DNA from: Candidatus Eremiobacteria bacterium
GTDB lineage: Bacteria; Vulcanimicrobiota; Vulcanimicrobiia; Vulcanimicrobiales; Vulcanimicrobiaceae
NCBI GenBank assembly: GCA_963737065.1
Contig: CAVTRC010000001.1
Coordinates: 96,001 to 160,000, forward strand
Direction: 5' to 3'
DNA: 64,000 bases
Part shown: piece after piece, positions 38,523-47,848 of the stretch
How the letters are laid out: each line of letters opens with the position of its first letter
Position numbering within the stretch: the first letter of the stretch is position 1
Notes under the pieces: model-generated
Databases searched by the model: none
What the model saw: only the letters and a program-made list of their open reading frames with translations
Told to the model about the DNA's origin: nothing
Program-made: the position numbers and the translations under genes

Positions 38523-39600
38523 CAGTAGCCCACCGTGAACTGAACGTTGATCGTGTTGTTCGTTTGCGGCACGTGACTGATAACGTCTTCGATCGTGACA
38601 CGGCTATTGTGCGACGGGCGCGTAACCCAGCAGCAGCACGCCGTCGCGGCTAAACGTCCCAGGCAACGTTTCGTTCGTTCCTTCGTACCGCGCGAGCGCA
38701 AAGAAGCGGCGCGAGATCGCAAACCGCAACTGTTCGAATCCGCCGCTCGATGCCACGCCGTATCCGCAATTCCGGGATCGGAATCCCAACCGGTTTGGAG
38801 CGATCAGCCTCACTCGTCCAGCGTCCAGTTTGAATGATGAGGCTGTATCCATTGCGGGTGAAATCGATCGCGCGATCCCGATGCTTAGGCGGCGCTCCCC
38901 GGCGTAATGATAGAATCCCGGCGTCAGCGGGCCCATCGCGTCGGCGACGAATTCCATCGTGTCGGTTCCGCTTTTCGGTAACCCGCTGACGCGGTCGTAA
39001 CCCGAGGCCGGCAAATATTTGCGCATTCAATCCGTGAAGCGTGTCGCCGATCGTGAGCTTTCCGCCGGCTTTGGGATCAAAAAAATTGAACGGATTCCCG
39101 CGCTACGGTTTGTTCGTAGATCGTGTAGCCCTGATACGACTCGCGAAACGTCTCGGGATCCACGGGCAGCGGCAGCGTGAACGAGCCGATTTGCCCGTAG
39201 AGCGGAATCCGCGCGCTCCACGGATTCAACCGGTCGTTGATCCACGCGTCGCGAAGCAGCCCGGGCATTGCCACCATCGATGAGATATTGCTCTACGAAA
39301 TAACTGGCGCGCGAGCCGAGGGTACCGGCGGTAAAGAGCTCGATTTCGTCGATGATTCGCTTTCGGGAGCCCCTCGCCATTCGGGCCGTCGCCTTGATAC
39401 GCACTCGAGCCGACGAGATTGATTTTGGTTGCGAGCGGCACGGCCGGTCCGGCCGAAACGCCCGGCATCCGATCGCCGCTCGCCAAAAAATGCGCGCCGA
39501 ATTCATTGAGATGCGGGATCACGGTGTGGCACTTCTGGCAGACGACGCCGTATTGGTGGGCGAATAGGGCGATTGCCAACGCTGCAACAGTTAGGCTCAC
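38522..39600 (-). pseudogene. Cyc2-like monoheme cytochrome c-porin fusion, frameshifted
   Basis: LFAHQYGVVCQKCHTVIPHLNEFG..F...G; beta-barrel-like body; C-terminal INVQFTVGY. Confidence 0.65.
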
Positions 39601-39606
39601 CACCGA

Positions 39607-39635
39607 ATATTATTAGGCAAGACTAATTACGTCAA
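39607..39635 (-). promoter_or_regulatory. Sigma70 promoter with TTAG-N6-CTAA palindrome in the spacer
   Basis: TTGACG-N17-TAATAT on minus strand; ATTAGGCAAGACTAAT at 39612-39627. Confidence 0.65.
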
Positions 39636-39654
39636 GAAGTCAACTCGGATCCCG

Positions 39655-40941
39655 ATGCCCGAGCTCCAATCGCAATCGCGCACGTTTCTTCCCGGCTCAT
39701 TGCGAGGCACGATTGAGCTGCCCGGCGATAAGTCGATTTCACACCGGGCGTTGATCGCCGCCGCCGCGTCTTTCCGTCCGATCGAGATCCGGAATCTCAA
39801 CCAAGGACGCGACGTGCGCGCGACGCTGGAAGCGCTTGTCCGTCTGGGCGCGCATGCGGAAGCGAGCGGAACGGGATTATGGATGAACGGCGGCCGGCTA
39901 GCGACGCCGATGGGCGAGATCGACTGCATGAACTCGGGTTCGACCGCCCGGATGCTTCTGGGCGTGTGCGCGGGCGCGGACCTTTGCGCGCGCTTCGATG
40001 GCGACGGATCGCTGCGCAAGCGGCCAATGGAACCTGTTGCCGCTCAACTGCGTGCGTTCGGAGCGCACATCAGCACCACCGGCGGCCTTTTGCCGATGAC
40101 GATTGCCGGTACGCCGCAGGTCCACACGCGGCGCTTCATTCTTCTCACGCCGTCGGCGCAAATCAAATCGGCGCTGCTCTTTGCGGGCCTCTTCGCGAAC
40201 GCATCGCTCGAGATTCTGGGCGACCGCTCATCGCGCGATCACACCGAACGATTGCTTCGATATCAGGGCGCGCACATCACATGGGATGGCCGCACGGTTG
40301 CGCTTCGCACCGGGATCACTCGCGCCGAGCCGATCGACGTCGCGGGTGATTTTTCATCGGCCGCATTCTTCATCGTCGCAGCGACGATCGCACGAGGCAG
40401 CGAGCTAACGATACGGCGCGCCGGCGTTAATCCGACGCGAACGGGGTTGCTCGACGCATTGCTCGACATGGGCGCAGACATCGAAATCCGTGACCCGCGC
40501 GAGGTGTCCGGCGAGCCCGTCGCGGATCTCATCGTGCGCCACGCGCGGCTGCGCGGCAGTGCAATCGATGCCGATCGCGCGCTGCGCTCAATCGACGAAA
40601 TTCCGATTCTCGCCGTCGCTGCGGCATTCGCGCAGGGCAAGACGAAAATTACCGGCGTGCGCGAACTTCGCACGAAAGAATCAGATCGCGTCGCAGCCAT
40701 TGAACGGCTTCTCGGCGCCGCAGGAATCAATGTGGACGTTGCGACGAACGGACTGGTGATCGAGGGTGGAGCGCCGAAGGGAACGGGCGCGATGGTCGAT
40801 ACGCAGGGCGACCACCGCATTGCGATGGCCGCAGCCGCGCTCGCTGCCGGCGCCGGCCCTATTGCAGTGGACAGCGACGCAAGTATCGACGTGAGTTTTC
40901 CGGCGTTTATCGAGACGCTACGGAGTGTGCAAGTCGCGTGA
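39655..40941 (+). CDS. aroA: EPSP synthase
   Basis: PGDKSISHR, NSGSTAR, SAQIKSA, SRDHTER, ELRTKESDR, DHRIAM. Confidence 0.97.
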   Translation: MPELQSQSRTFLPGSLRGTIELPGDKSISHRALIAAAASFRPIEIRNLNQGRDVRATLEALVRLGAHAEASGTGLWMNGGRLATPMGEIDCMNSGSTARMLLGVCAGADLCARFDGDGSLRKRPMEPVAAQLRAFGAHISTTGGLLPMTIAGTPQVHTRRFILLTPSAQIKSALLFAGLFANASLEILGDRSSRDHTERLLRYQGAHITWDGRTVALRTGITRAEPIDVAGDFSSAAFFIVAATIARGSELTIRRAGVNPTRTGLLDALLDMGADIEIRDPREVSGEPVADLIVRHARLRGSAIDADRALRSIDEIPILAVAAAFAQGKTKITGVRELRTKESDRVAAIERLLGAAGINVDVATNGLVIEGGAPKGTGAMVDTQGDHRIAMAAAALAAGAGPIAVDSDASIDVSFPAFIETLRSVQVA

Positions 40942-42119
40942 ATCAGCAACCGGTATACACCGCGGACGAATTTGCGTCCGAAGCCCGCTATATCGATACG
41001 CTGATTTGGGAAGCGCTTGCGATCGAAACCGGCAGCAAAGTTCTCCTCTGCGGATACGGACCCGACGGCGCATACGCGCGCCGCGCGATCGGTACGGGCG
41101 CGAAGGTCACGGTCATCGAGCATCGCAACGACGCGATCAATCAACATGCGAAACTCGATGCGAAGCTCTTGCGCGGAAGTACCTCCGTTATTCCGGCAAA
41201 ACCCAGTTCATTCGATCTTGCGATCGCTTTCCATTACTTGCACGAAATCGATCCGTTCTTTCACGCACAGGTGCTCGCGGAACTGGCGCGTGTTGCAAAG
41301 CGTGTCGCGGTCGTTGAGCCGGCACCGCCGGCGGATCCGCTCGGCAAACGAATTGCGCTGTTGTATTCGCAAGCCAAACGCGAACTCGGACAGTTTGAAT
41401 ACTATCAGCCGCTCGAGTATTGGAAGAAGTTACTGCAGTCGGTGAAAGCGGACGTGTCTCAGCACGTTTTCGCGTTTGCGAAAGTTCCACCGCGCGAATA
41501 TCTCTACGATACCGTCGACCTGATGTTACACACGATCGAAATCGAAGACGCCCCGCCGGAATATATCGAGGAATTGCGCCAGATCGCGCGGCGCTCGGAC
41601 GCGCAATTGCTTCCGCCGCCGCGGTACGTGCTCGTCGGAGCGGCGGCAGGCGAATTGGTCTTGCCCCGATTCACGCAACGCCCGTCCGCGAGCGTTACGG
41701 CGAAACCGTCGAAAGCCGTTGCGCCGGCAAAGAACCGAACCGAGGCGTCGGACGAATCAGGTTATGAGTTCCCGCCGGTGCCGGCGCCCCCAAGCAACGC
41801 CGCGCCGCGCGAACAGAGCGCGCCGCCCTCTAGTGTACCGGCCGCGCCGGCCGCGCCGCCCGCGACAGGATTTGGGCCATCGACTGATACGCCCGCGCCG
41901 GGGTTCGGCGTCCCGGGCCTTCCCTTCGGTACGCCGGCGCCGGCCGTTCCGGCGCCCGAAGCGCCTCCGGCATCCTCACCGTTTGGCGTTCCATTTGCCG
42001 TTCCCGGTCCCGAACCGCAGAGCGGCTTCGGCGTGCCGCCCGAAGGCGCACCTCCTACATCGACGTGGCAATGGGAACCGCCCGAGAAACCGGACGACCC
42101 GTCGAAGAAGTCGCGATGA
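40938..42119 (+). CDS. Class I SAM methyltransferase-like protein with Pro/FG-rich tail
   Basis: Rossmann-like VLLCGYG, FDLAIAFHYLHEI, LAELARVAK; GTGA overlap with aroA. Confidence 0.65.
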   Translation: MNQQPVYTADEFASEARYIDTLIWEALAIETGSKVLLCGYGPDGAYARRAIGTGAKVTVIEHRNDAINQHAKLDAKLLRGSTSVIPAKPSSFDLAIAFHYLHEIDPFFHAQVLAELARVAKRVAVVEPAPPADPLGKRIALLYSQAKRELGQFEYYQPLEYWKKLLQSVKADVSQHVFAFAKVPPREYLYDTVDLMLHTIEIEDAPPEYIEELRQIARRSDAQLLPPPRYVLVGAAAGELVLPRFTQRPSASVTAKPSKAVAPAKNRTEASDESGYEFPPVPAPPSNAAPREQSAPPSSVPAAPAAPPATGFGPSTDTPAPGFGVPGLPFGTPAPAVPAPEAPPASSPFGVPFAVPGPEPQSGFGVPPEGAPPTSTWQWEPPEKPDDPSKKSR

Positions 42120-42129
42120 GCCGCGTCGA

Positions 42130-42463
42130 CTAGCTCTGAGAAAAGAGCAACCGGACGGCTGCACGCGCTGTACGAATGGCTGCGACGGCCTCCGGAATGC
42201 GGAGCTCCGCAACGCCGTCGCCGATCGTGCGGATCGCGATGTTTGCGCGTGCGGTTAGTCCATCAATCGCGGCGACATCCTGCTGAATCCGCTGCGAGTA
42301 GCCGTTCACTTTCGCGACGTCCTCGCGGAGGGGTTGCTGCTTCATGCGATCGATGTGCTTCTTGACGGCGCCCAACGATGCGATCGCGCGCAGCCGCGCC
42401 ATATGCCATCAGAGCAAGCGCGGCGACGATGCAGATCACCAGGACCCAAGCCGGCCAGGCCAT
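42130..42463 (-). CDS. Small hypothetical membrane protein (frameshift near 42400)
   Basis: TM N-terminus and helical C-terminus in different frames. Confidence 0.5.
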
Positions 42464-42469
42464 TCGAAG

Positions 42470-42790
42470 CTAGGCCGCCGACTCGCCGGAAGACGAGGCG
42501 CCGGAAGACGGTGCGCCCGAAGACGATGGACCCGAAGATGATGGGCTCGAAGGTGCCGACTCGCCGGCGGACGACTTACCGGACGGTGATGGAGACGAGT
42601 CGCCGGACGAGCTCGACCGTGAATCCGTCACGTAGAATCCGGACCCTTTGAAGACGATCGGCGCGGGATTGAAGACGCGGCTCATCTGCCCGCCGCAGTG
42701 CGAGCACGGCTCGGCGTGGGTTTCATTGAATCCGTGGCGGACTTCGATGTCCTTGCCACACGCAGCACAGCGGTAATCGTAGAGCGGCAT
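42470..42790 (-). CDS. FmdB family zinc-ribbon protein
   Basis: MPLYDYRCxxC...CxxCGG...FKGSGFYVTD; Ser-rich tail. Confidence 0.92.
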   Translation of the reverse strand: MPLYDYRCAACGKDIEVRHGFNETHAEPCSHCGGQMSRVFNPAPIVFKGSGFYVTDSRSSSSGDSSPSPSGKSSAGESAPSSPSSSGPSSSGAPSSGASSSGESAA

Positions 42791-42864
42791 ACGGCTTTCT
42801 TTATACCAAAGCTAGCAGTCGCGGTCAACGACTGCCAACGCATGCGCGTCAGGCGCAACGCGGT

Positions 42865-43362
42865 TTAGAAGTATGGAAGCTCGCTGTGATGGTGTTCGAC
42901 GAGACCCTTGAAGTGCATGAGCGAATCGGAAAGGACGCGTTCGAATTTCCGACCGTTTTTCCATGAATCCATTATGGCGCCAACCGCCCCGCCGTAGGCC
43001 GGGTAGGACAGCTTGACATGAATCCTCGCGCGCGACGTTTTGCGCTCGATCCGAAAATCGATGCGGCGGCGCACTGAGAACGCGCCGACGAGCGACAGAT
43101 GGTAATTGGTGATGAATTGGTCGACTTCGTACAGCTGTTCTTCTTCGCCGGGAAGCGTCGACCGGACGATCACTTCGGAGCCAAGCGCGATCGCAGCGGA
43201 CGGCTTCGCCGGTGTTGCGCGCCGAATGCAAGAGAGCCACACAGGCCATTTCTCGACCGAGCAAAGGAGCGCGAACGCCTCTTCGGCGGGAGAATCCAGA
43301 TCCACGCTTGCGCTGTACGACCGCAGCCCGGGGCGGGCAAGGGCATCGGTCATGATAGCCAT
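42865..43362 (-). CDS. SRPBCC family protein
   Basis: ASVDLDSPAEEAFALL...WPVW; C-terminal helix L..FKGLVE. Confidence 0.75.
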   Translation of the reverse strand: MAIMTDALARPGLRSYSASVDLDSPAEEAFALLCSVEKWPVWLSCIRRATPAKPSAAIALGSEVIVRSTLPGEEEQLYEVDQFITNYHLSLVGAFSVRRRIDFRIERKTSRARIHVKLSYPAYGGAVGAIMDSWKNGRKFERVLSDSLMHFKGLVEHHHSELPYF

Positions 43363-43435
43363 GGACCGACAGCTTCGTCATACTACTCGTTGTGCCTTCA
43401 GACGTTGCGCACACTATCAGTAGCGGTTCAGGCGC

Positions 43436-44608
43436 CTAGTTGTTTTGCCCGCCGCCGACGAACCGCGCGAAGGCGACCAGCGTCTCGACGCCGACCGGCA
43501 GCGCCGCTTCATCGATGCGAAACTGCGCGCTATGTCCGGGATGAACCGATTGCGCGGATTCGCTGCGAATGCCGAGCCGTACGTGCACACCCGGCACGCG
43601 CTGCGCAAAATATGCGAAGTCTTCGCCGCCCATCGTGGGCGGCAAGCACTCGACGCGAACGTCTTCGCGCGCGCGCATATGTGCTGCAAAAGCCTCGGCA
43701 AGCCGCTCGTCGTTCACGACGGGCGGATATCCGCGCACGATGCGGACTTCCGCGGTTGCACCGTAGGCGGCCGAGACGTTGTTCACGATGCGGCGAACGC
43801 GCGGGTCGAGTGCATCGCGAATAGCCGGATCGTGCGCGCGCAACGTGCCCGACATTTGGACTTCATCGGCGATGACGTTGTTGCGATAGCCGCCGCTAAT
43901 CGTTCCGATCGTGACGACGACACTTTTGAGCGGATCGGTTTCTCGCGCCGCAATGTTCTGCAGCGCAAGCACGATTGCACTCGCCGCCGGAATGGCATCG
44001 ACCGCGGTGTGCGGATATGCGCCGTGTCCGCCCTTTCCGCGCACCGTGATGTACAGTTCGTCCGCCGATGCGTTGACCGGTCCCGGCGTAATGCTGATCT
44101 CTCCCGGTGCGATACGCGGATCGACGTGGAGCATTGCAACGGCTTCAACCTTCGGATCGTCGAGCGCGCCGCCGGCAATCATCGGTTGCGCGCCGCCCGG
44201 GCCCTCTTCCGCCGGTTGAAATAACAACACGGCCGTACCCGCAAACGACGCACGCGTGGCATGCAGGACGTGCGCGGCACCGAGCAGCATCGCCGTGTGC
44301 GCGTCGTGACCGCACGCGTGCATCTTGCCGTCGACTTCGGATGCATACGGAAGATCGGTGCGCTCCGTAATCGGCAACGCATCCATATCGGCGCGCAAAC
44401 CAACGACGTGCCCGGGAAGCGCGCCGCGCACGACGCCGACGATCCCGGTCTTTGCAACCCGGCGATGCGGAATCGCGAGCGCATCGAGTTCCGCCTCGAC
44501 GAGCGCGCTGGTGCGATGCTCTTCGAACCCGAGTTCAGGATGGCGGTGGATTGCACGACGCAGCTCCACGACGCGATCGGCGATCGTTGCGGGAACACGC
44601 TCAATCAT
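43436..44608 (-). CDS. M20D amidohydrolase
   Basis: [45 protein letters not shown]. Confidence 0.93.
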   Translation of the reverse strand: MIERVPATIADRVVELRRAIHRHPELGFEEHRTSALVEAELDALAIPHRRVAKTGIVGVVRGALPGHVVGLRADMDALPITERTDLPYASEVDGKMHACGHDAHTAMLLGAAHVLHATRASFAGTAVLLFQPAEEGPGGAQPMIAGGALDDPKVEAVAMLHVDPRIAPGEISITPGPVNASADELYITVRGKGGHGAYPHTAVDAIPAASAIVLALQNIAARETDPLKSVVVTIGTISGGYRNNVIADEVQMSGTLRAHDPAIRDALDPRVRRIVNNVSAAYGATAEVRIVRGYPPVVNDERLAEAFAAHMRAREDVRVECLPPTMGGEDFAYFAQRVPGVHVRLGIRSESAQSVHPGHSAQFRIDEAALPVGVETLVAFARFVGGGQNN

Positions 44609-44627
44609 TGGGCAACCCGTTCTGCCA

Positions 44628-45371
44628 ATGATCGGACCCGACCTCGCCCTTGCCACACTGATCAATCGCGCGGGAAGCGTCTACGTTTCAAACGCGCCGG
44701 CGTATATCACGTACAACGAGCACACGCACGTTGAAGGCGGCGGACGCTCCGAAGACATCGACCGCGCGGTCAGCGTGCGCGTTGCCGACAATTTTGCCGT
44801 CATGCAAGATCTACCGAACGGCGCCGTGCGGACCGGCTCAGCGTTTCCGGTTATCCCGTTCTTCGATCCGTTTTCGACTTTCCGGTTCAGCTACTTTGCG
44901 AATCTGAAGAAGATCGACATCACGTTCGATCCGGGAAAACCATACTATTTCAAGCTGCCTGATTCCGACGCGAGCGTCGACGTCGTCGTTCCGTACATCA
45001 GCGAATTTGCGCCGCGCTACGCGCCCGATTCAACGCCTGATGCGTTGCATCTTCTCGTCGATCCGACGCCGCGCACGGGCGACGCATTCTATCCGACCGA
45101 AGTTCGCGAAGATCCGTCGACGCAGTTGCCGTCGCTCGTCGCGATGCAAGTGAACGGCAGCGACATGGCCATTACGCTCGAATATTCGATCGTCGACGGC
45201 CATTGGCTCATTACGCGAGGCACGTTCAGCGCGACGCAACATGTCTTCGTCAGCACGATCAAAGTGACGGCCACGACGGTGTTTTCGGATTTTACGTTCC
45301 CGGCTGCCGCGCCGGACCCACGTTTGGCGGGTAGTCCTAGTCCTCGTCCGAGCGCGACAGCATTGCCATGA
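44628..45371 (+). CDS. Hypothetical exported protein
   Basis: [13 protein letters not shown] resembles 21007-21801; beta-rich. Confidence 0.6.
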   Translation: MIGPDLALATLINRAGSVYVSNAPAYITYNEHTHVEGGGRSEDIDRAVSVRVADNFAVMQDLPNGAVRTGSAFPVIPFFDPFSTFRFSYFANLKKIDITFDPGKPYYFKLPDSDASVDVVVPYISEFAPRYAPDSTPDALHLLVDPTPRTGDAFYPTEVREDPSTQLPSLVAMQVNGSDMAITLEYSIVDGHWLITRGTFSATQHVFVSTIKVTATTVFSDFTFPAAAPDPRLAGSPSPRPSATALP

Positions 45372-45633
45372 GCGAGAGCTTCGACTCTTGCATCAGCCGT
45401 GCGAGCTTCACCGCGCAATAGCCGCAGAACACGAACGATGGAGCGGCGATCATGAGCAGACTCGCCACCATAAAGTTCGATTGATCGGCGCTTAGGAAAT
45501 TAGTCGACGCAGCAATCGCCCAGCGTGCGGCAATGACGCATAAAAGACCGACAACGGGCGCGCCGATCGTCCAAACGAGAAGTCGAGGCGCAACTTTACG
45601 CGCCCGCTCTTTTTTGTACCAGTCGTGTAGCAT
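45337..45633 (-). CDS. Small 2-TM hypothetical protein
   Basis: Two hydrophobic segments. Confidence 0.45.
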   Translation of the reverse strand: MLHDWYKKERARKVAPRLLVWTIGAPVVGLLCVIAARWAIAASTNFLSADQSNFMVASLLMIAAPSFVFCGYCAVKLARLMQESKLSLMAMLSRSDED

Positions 45634-45819
45634 GGCTCATCTAAAGTTTCGTCGGAACAACGTGAAATTTGTACTTGCCTGGATAACAGACTAGCCGGGA
45701 CAAGTTCGAGGTTTTGTTCTCGTTCGCGGGCTGGAATCTTTGCGATGCGTGCGGCCAAGCGAGCACGTCGGCGCGCATATGTGGCGTTAGACGCGCGGTT
45801 CGGCGGGCACGAACAACTC

Positions 45820-46338
45820 ATGCAAAGGCAAACAACAATTGCGCCCGCGCAAGGCGCGACTGCGATTGACATTCTCGTCAACGATCACCGCACGATAAAG
45901 AACCTGCTCGCTCGCCTGGCCGATAGCCGGTCGCGCGAAGAACGCATGCAATGCCTCAAGGAACTGCAAGGCGTCTTAACCGTGCACAACGCGACGGAAG
46001 AAAACCTCGTCTATCCAGCGCTGAACAGAATCGGCAAGAAAATGTTCGAGTCGTTGCACCTCTACTATGAAACGGCGAACGCTGCTATCCACGCATTCGA
46101 AATTGATACGATGCTCAAAGAGGGCGCCGACGACGACAAAATTCAGGCGAAGGTTGAAAAATTCCGCGATGCGATCTTGGAACACATCGATGACGAAGAG
46201 AATAAAGCGTTCCCGCATCTGCAAGAAGCGGCGGACGGGACGGAACGGCAACAACTGAACCAGTCGGTGCAAACGTTCCGCGGTTCCATCAGCTTTGAGC
46301 CGATGGACGGGCCGCCGGACGAACTGACGAATCGATAA
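45820..46338 (+). CDS. Hemerythrin domain protein
   Basis: AIDILVNDHRTIK, HNATEENLVYPAL, HIDDEE..AFP. Confidence 0.85.
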   Translation: MQRQTTIAPAQGATAIDILVNDHRTIKNLLARLADSRSREERMQCLKELQGVLTVHNATEENLVYPALNRIGKKMFESLHLYYETANAAIHAFEIDTMLKEGADDDKIQAKVEKFRDAILEHIDDEENKAFPHLQEAADGTERQQLNQSVQTFRGSISFEPMDGPPDELTNR

Positions 46339-46342
46339 AACG

Positions 46343-46365
46343 AGAGCCCGGCATCGCCGGGCTCT
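46343..46365. terminator. Hairpin between convergent genes
   Basis: AGAGCCCGGC-ATC-GCCGGGCTCT. Confidence 0.6.
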
Positions 46366-46403
46366 GGTCAATGTGGGCGGGTATTACAGAAGGAGCGTTT
46401 CCT

Positions 46404-46649
46404 TCACCGTGTTGGGACAGACGTCGACAGGTTTCCGTGAATGCAAGCTTCCGGCGCTACGGTGACACTGCCCTCGGCAATCACGTCGCCTTGCACTTCG
46501 CCTTCGATGATGGCGAGCGCACCGGCTTCGACGGTCACATTCTGATGGACGTTCGCATCCTCGGCGATCGTGAGACGCGTTCCGCGCGCTGCGCGAACGT
46601 CCCCTTGCACTTCACCGTGCACTTCGTAGTCGCGAAAGACCTCTGACAT
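46404..46649 (-). CDS. Bactofilin/polymer-forming cytoskeletal protein
   Basis: V.GEVQGDV repeats (beta-helix); GGAGG RBS. Confidence 0.7.
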   Translation of the reverse strand: MSEVFRDYEVHGEVQGDVRAARGTRLTIAEDANVHQNVTVEAGALAIIEGEVQGDVIAEGSVTVAPEACIHGNLSTSVPTR

Positions 46650-46699
46650 GGCGCCTCCTAGCAAGCAAAGAGCCGCGCGTCGCGAGGCTCTTCATATCA

Positions 46700-46790
46700 T
46701 GGCGGAGAGGGTGAGATTCGAACTCACGGTACCCTCATCAGGTACGCCCGCTTTCGAGGCGGGTGCCTTCAACCACTCGACCACCTCTCC
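46700..46790 (-). tRNA. tRNA-Ser(CGA)
   Basis: Anticodon arm CCCGC-CTCGAAA-GCGGG; long variable arm; GCCA end. Confidence 0.97.
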
Positions 46791-46817
46791 CCAATGTGTC
46801 GATTCGCGCGTCCGTAA

Positions 46818-47304
46818 CTACCCCGTTTGCGACGGGATACCTTCATCCTCGACGTTTTGACGCTTTTGCCGAAAGTACCGTTGCAACTGCGCTGCGGTTT
46901 CTCTTTCCAATACACCGGCGGTCACTTCCAGCCGGTGATTTGTTTTCGGATGAGCGCAGAATGTCGAACGCTCCGCCGTCCGCGCCGCCCTTCGGATCGC
47001 TCGCGCCGTAGACGACGCGTTTGATGCGCGCGGCGATCATTGCACCGGCACACATGACGCACGGTTCTTTCGTGACGTACAGCGTTGCATCCGATAAACG
47101 CCACACGCCGAGGCGTTGCGCCGCCTCGCGCAATAGAATCATCTCTGCATGCGCCGTTGCATCGGGACGCGACTCTTTTTCGTTTCTTGCTTCGAGAACG
47201 AGATCGCCGGAAACGAGCACCGCGCCGATCGGCACGTCACCTGCGTCCGCAGCTCGATCGGCAAGCTGCATCGCGCGGTGTATGTACGCTTCGTCTTCCG
47301 TCAT
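46818..47304 (-). CDS. tadA: tRNA adenosine(34) deaminase; frameshift near 46945
   Basis: DVPIGAVLV, TAHAE, LYVTKEPCVMCAGA; NHRLEV..GVL tail continues in another frame. Confidence 0.9.
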
Positions 47305-47322
47305 TGCAGTTGTGAAATTACT

Positions 47323-47395
47323 CGCGCCCGAGATGACTCGAACATCCAACCTTCGCCTTCGGAGGGCGACGCTCTATCCATTGAGCTACGGGCGC
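47323..47395 (-). tRNA. tRNA-Arg(CCG)
   Basis: Anticodon arm TCGCC-CTCCGAA-GGCGA. Confidence 0.97.
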
Positions 47396-47408
47396 AGGCT
47401 CCGCCCCG

Positions 47409-47636
47409 TTATTCCGGAGCGCTTCCCGATGCGGGAAGGTGTTTGAACAGGTCAAGCTTATGATCGACCAGCGAACGATAGAACTTCCGCACGCAGTCGG
47501 GGTGACCGAAGAAATACGTCCTCGCGTACGCGAGGTCGTCGCCGGAGCTATCCGGCACGTAGTGCGAGATCTCGATCTCTTCCATCTGGTTCCGGTCGAC
47601 CGGATGGGGACAGAAATCGCACGGGATCGTGGACAT
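47409..47636 (-). CDS. Small hypothetical protein with CxxC...HxxC
   Basis: GAGG RBS; MSTIPCDFC...GHPDC. Confidence 0.55.
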   Translation of the reverse strand: MSTIPCDFCPHPVDRNQMEEIEISHYVPDSSGDDLAYARTYFFGHPDCVRKFYRSLVDHKLDLFKHLPASGSAPE

Positions 47637-47690
47637 TGAAGCACCTCTAGAACGGGAACGGCCGTCCGTCGGACGGCCGCACCTCAAGAC

Positions 47691-47765
47691 TGGTGACTCG
47701 GGTAGGATTTGAACCTACGACCAAGGGCTTATGAGTCCCCTGCTCTACCACTGAGCTACCGAGCC
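47691..47765 (-). tRNA. tRNA with CAT anticodon (elongator Met or Ile2)
   Basis: Anticodon loop CTCATAA; paired first position, so not initiator; ACCA end. Confidence 0.93.
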
Positions 47766-47848
47766 GTGCGCGTTGTGTCGTTTTCGACACCTGACTGTAG
47801 CAGAACTCTCCGCGAGGTGCAACGCCCGGACGCAGCTAAACGGCCGGC

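Noticed and set aside
42470..42620. Ser/Gly-rich short repeats at the FmdB 3' end
   Set aside because: Low-complexity tails are typical for this family.
45634..45819. Possible ncRNA hairpin in intergenic region
   Set aside because: Pairing is weak and interrupted; no family motif recognised.
47691..47765. Initiator tRNA-fMet
   Set aside because: First base pair is formed and the anticodon stem lacks three consecutive G-C pairs next to the loop.
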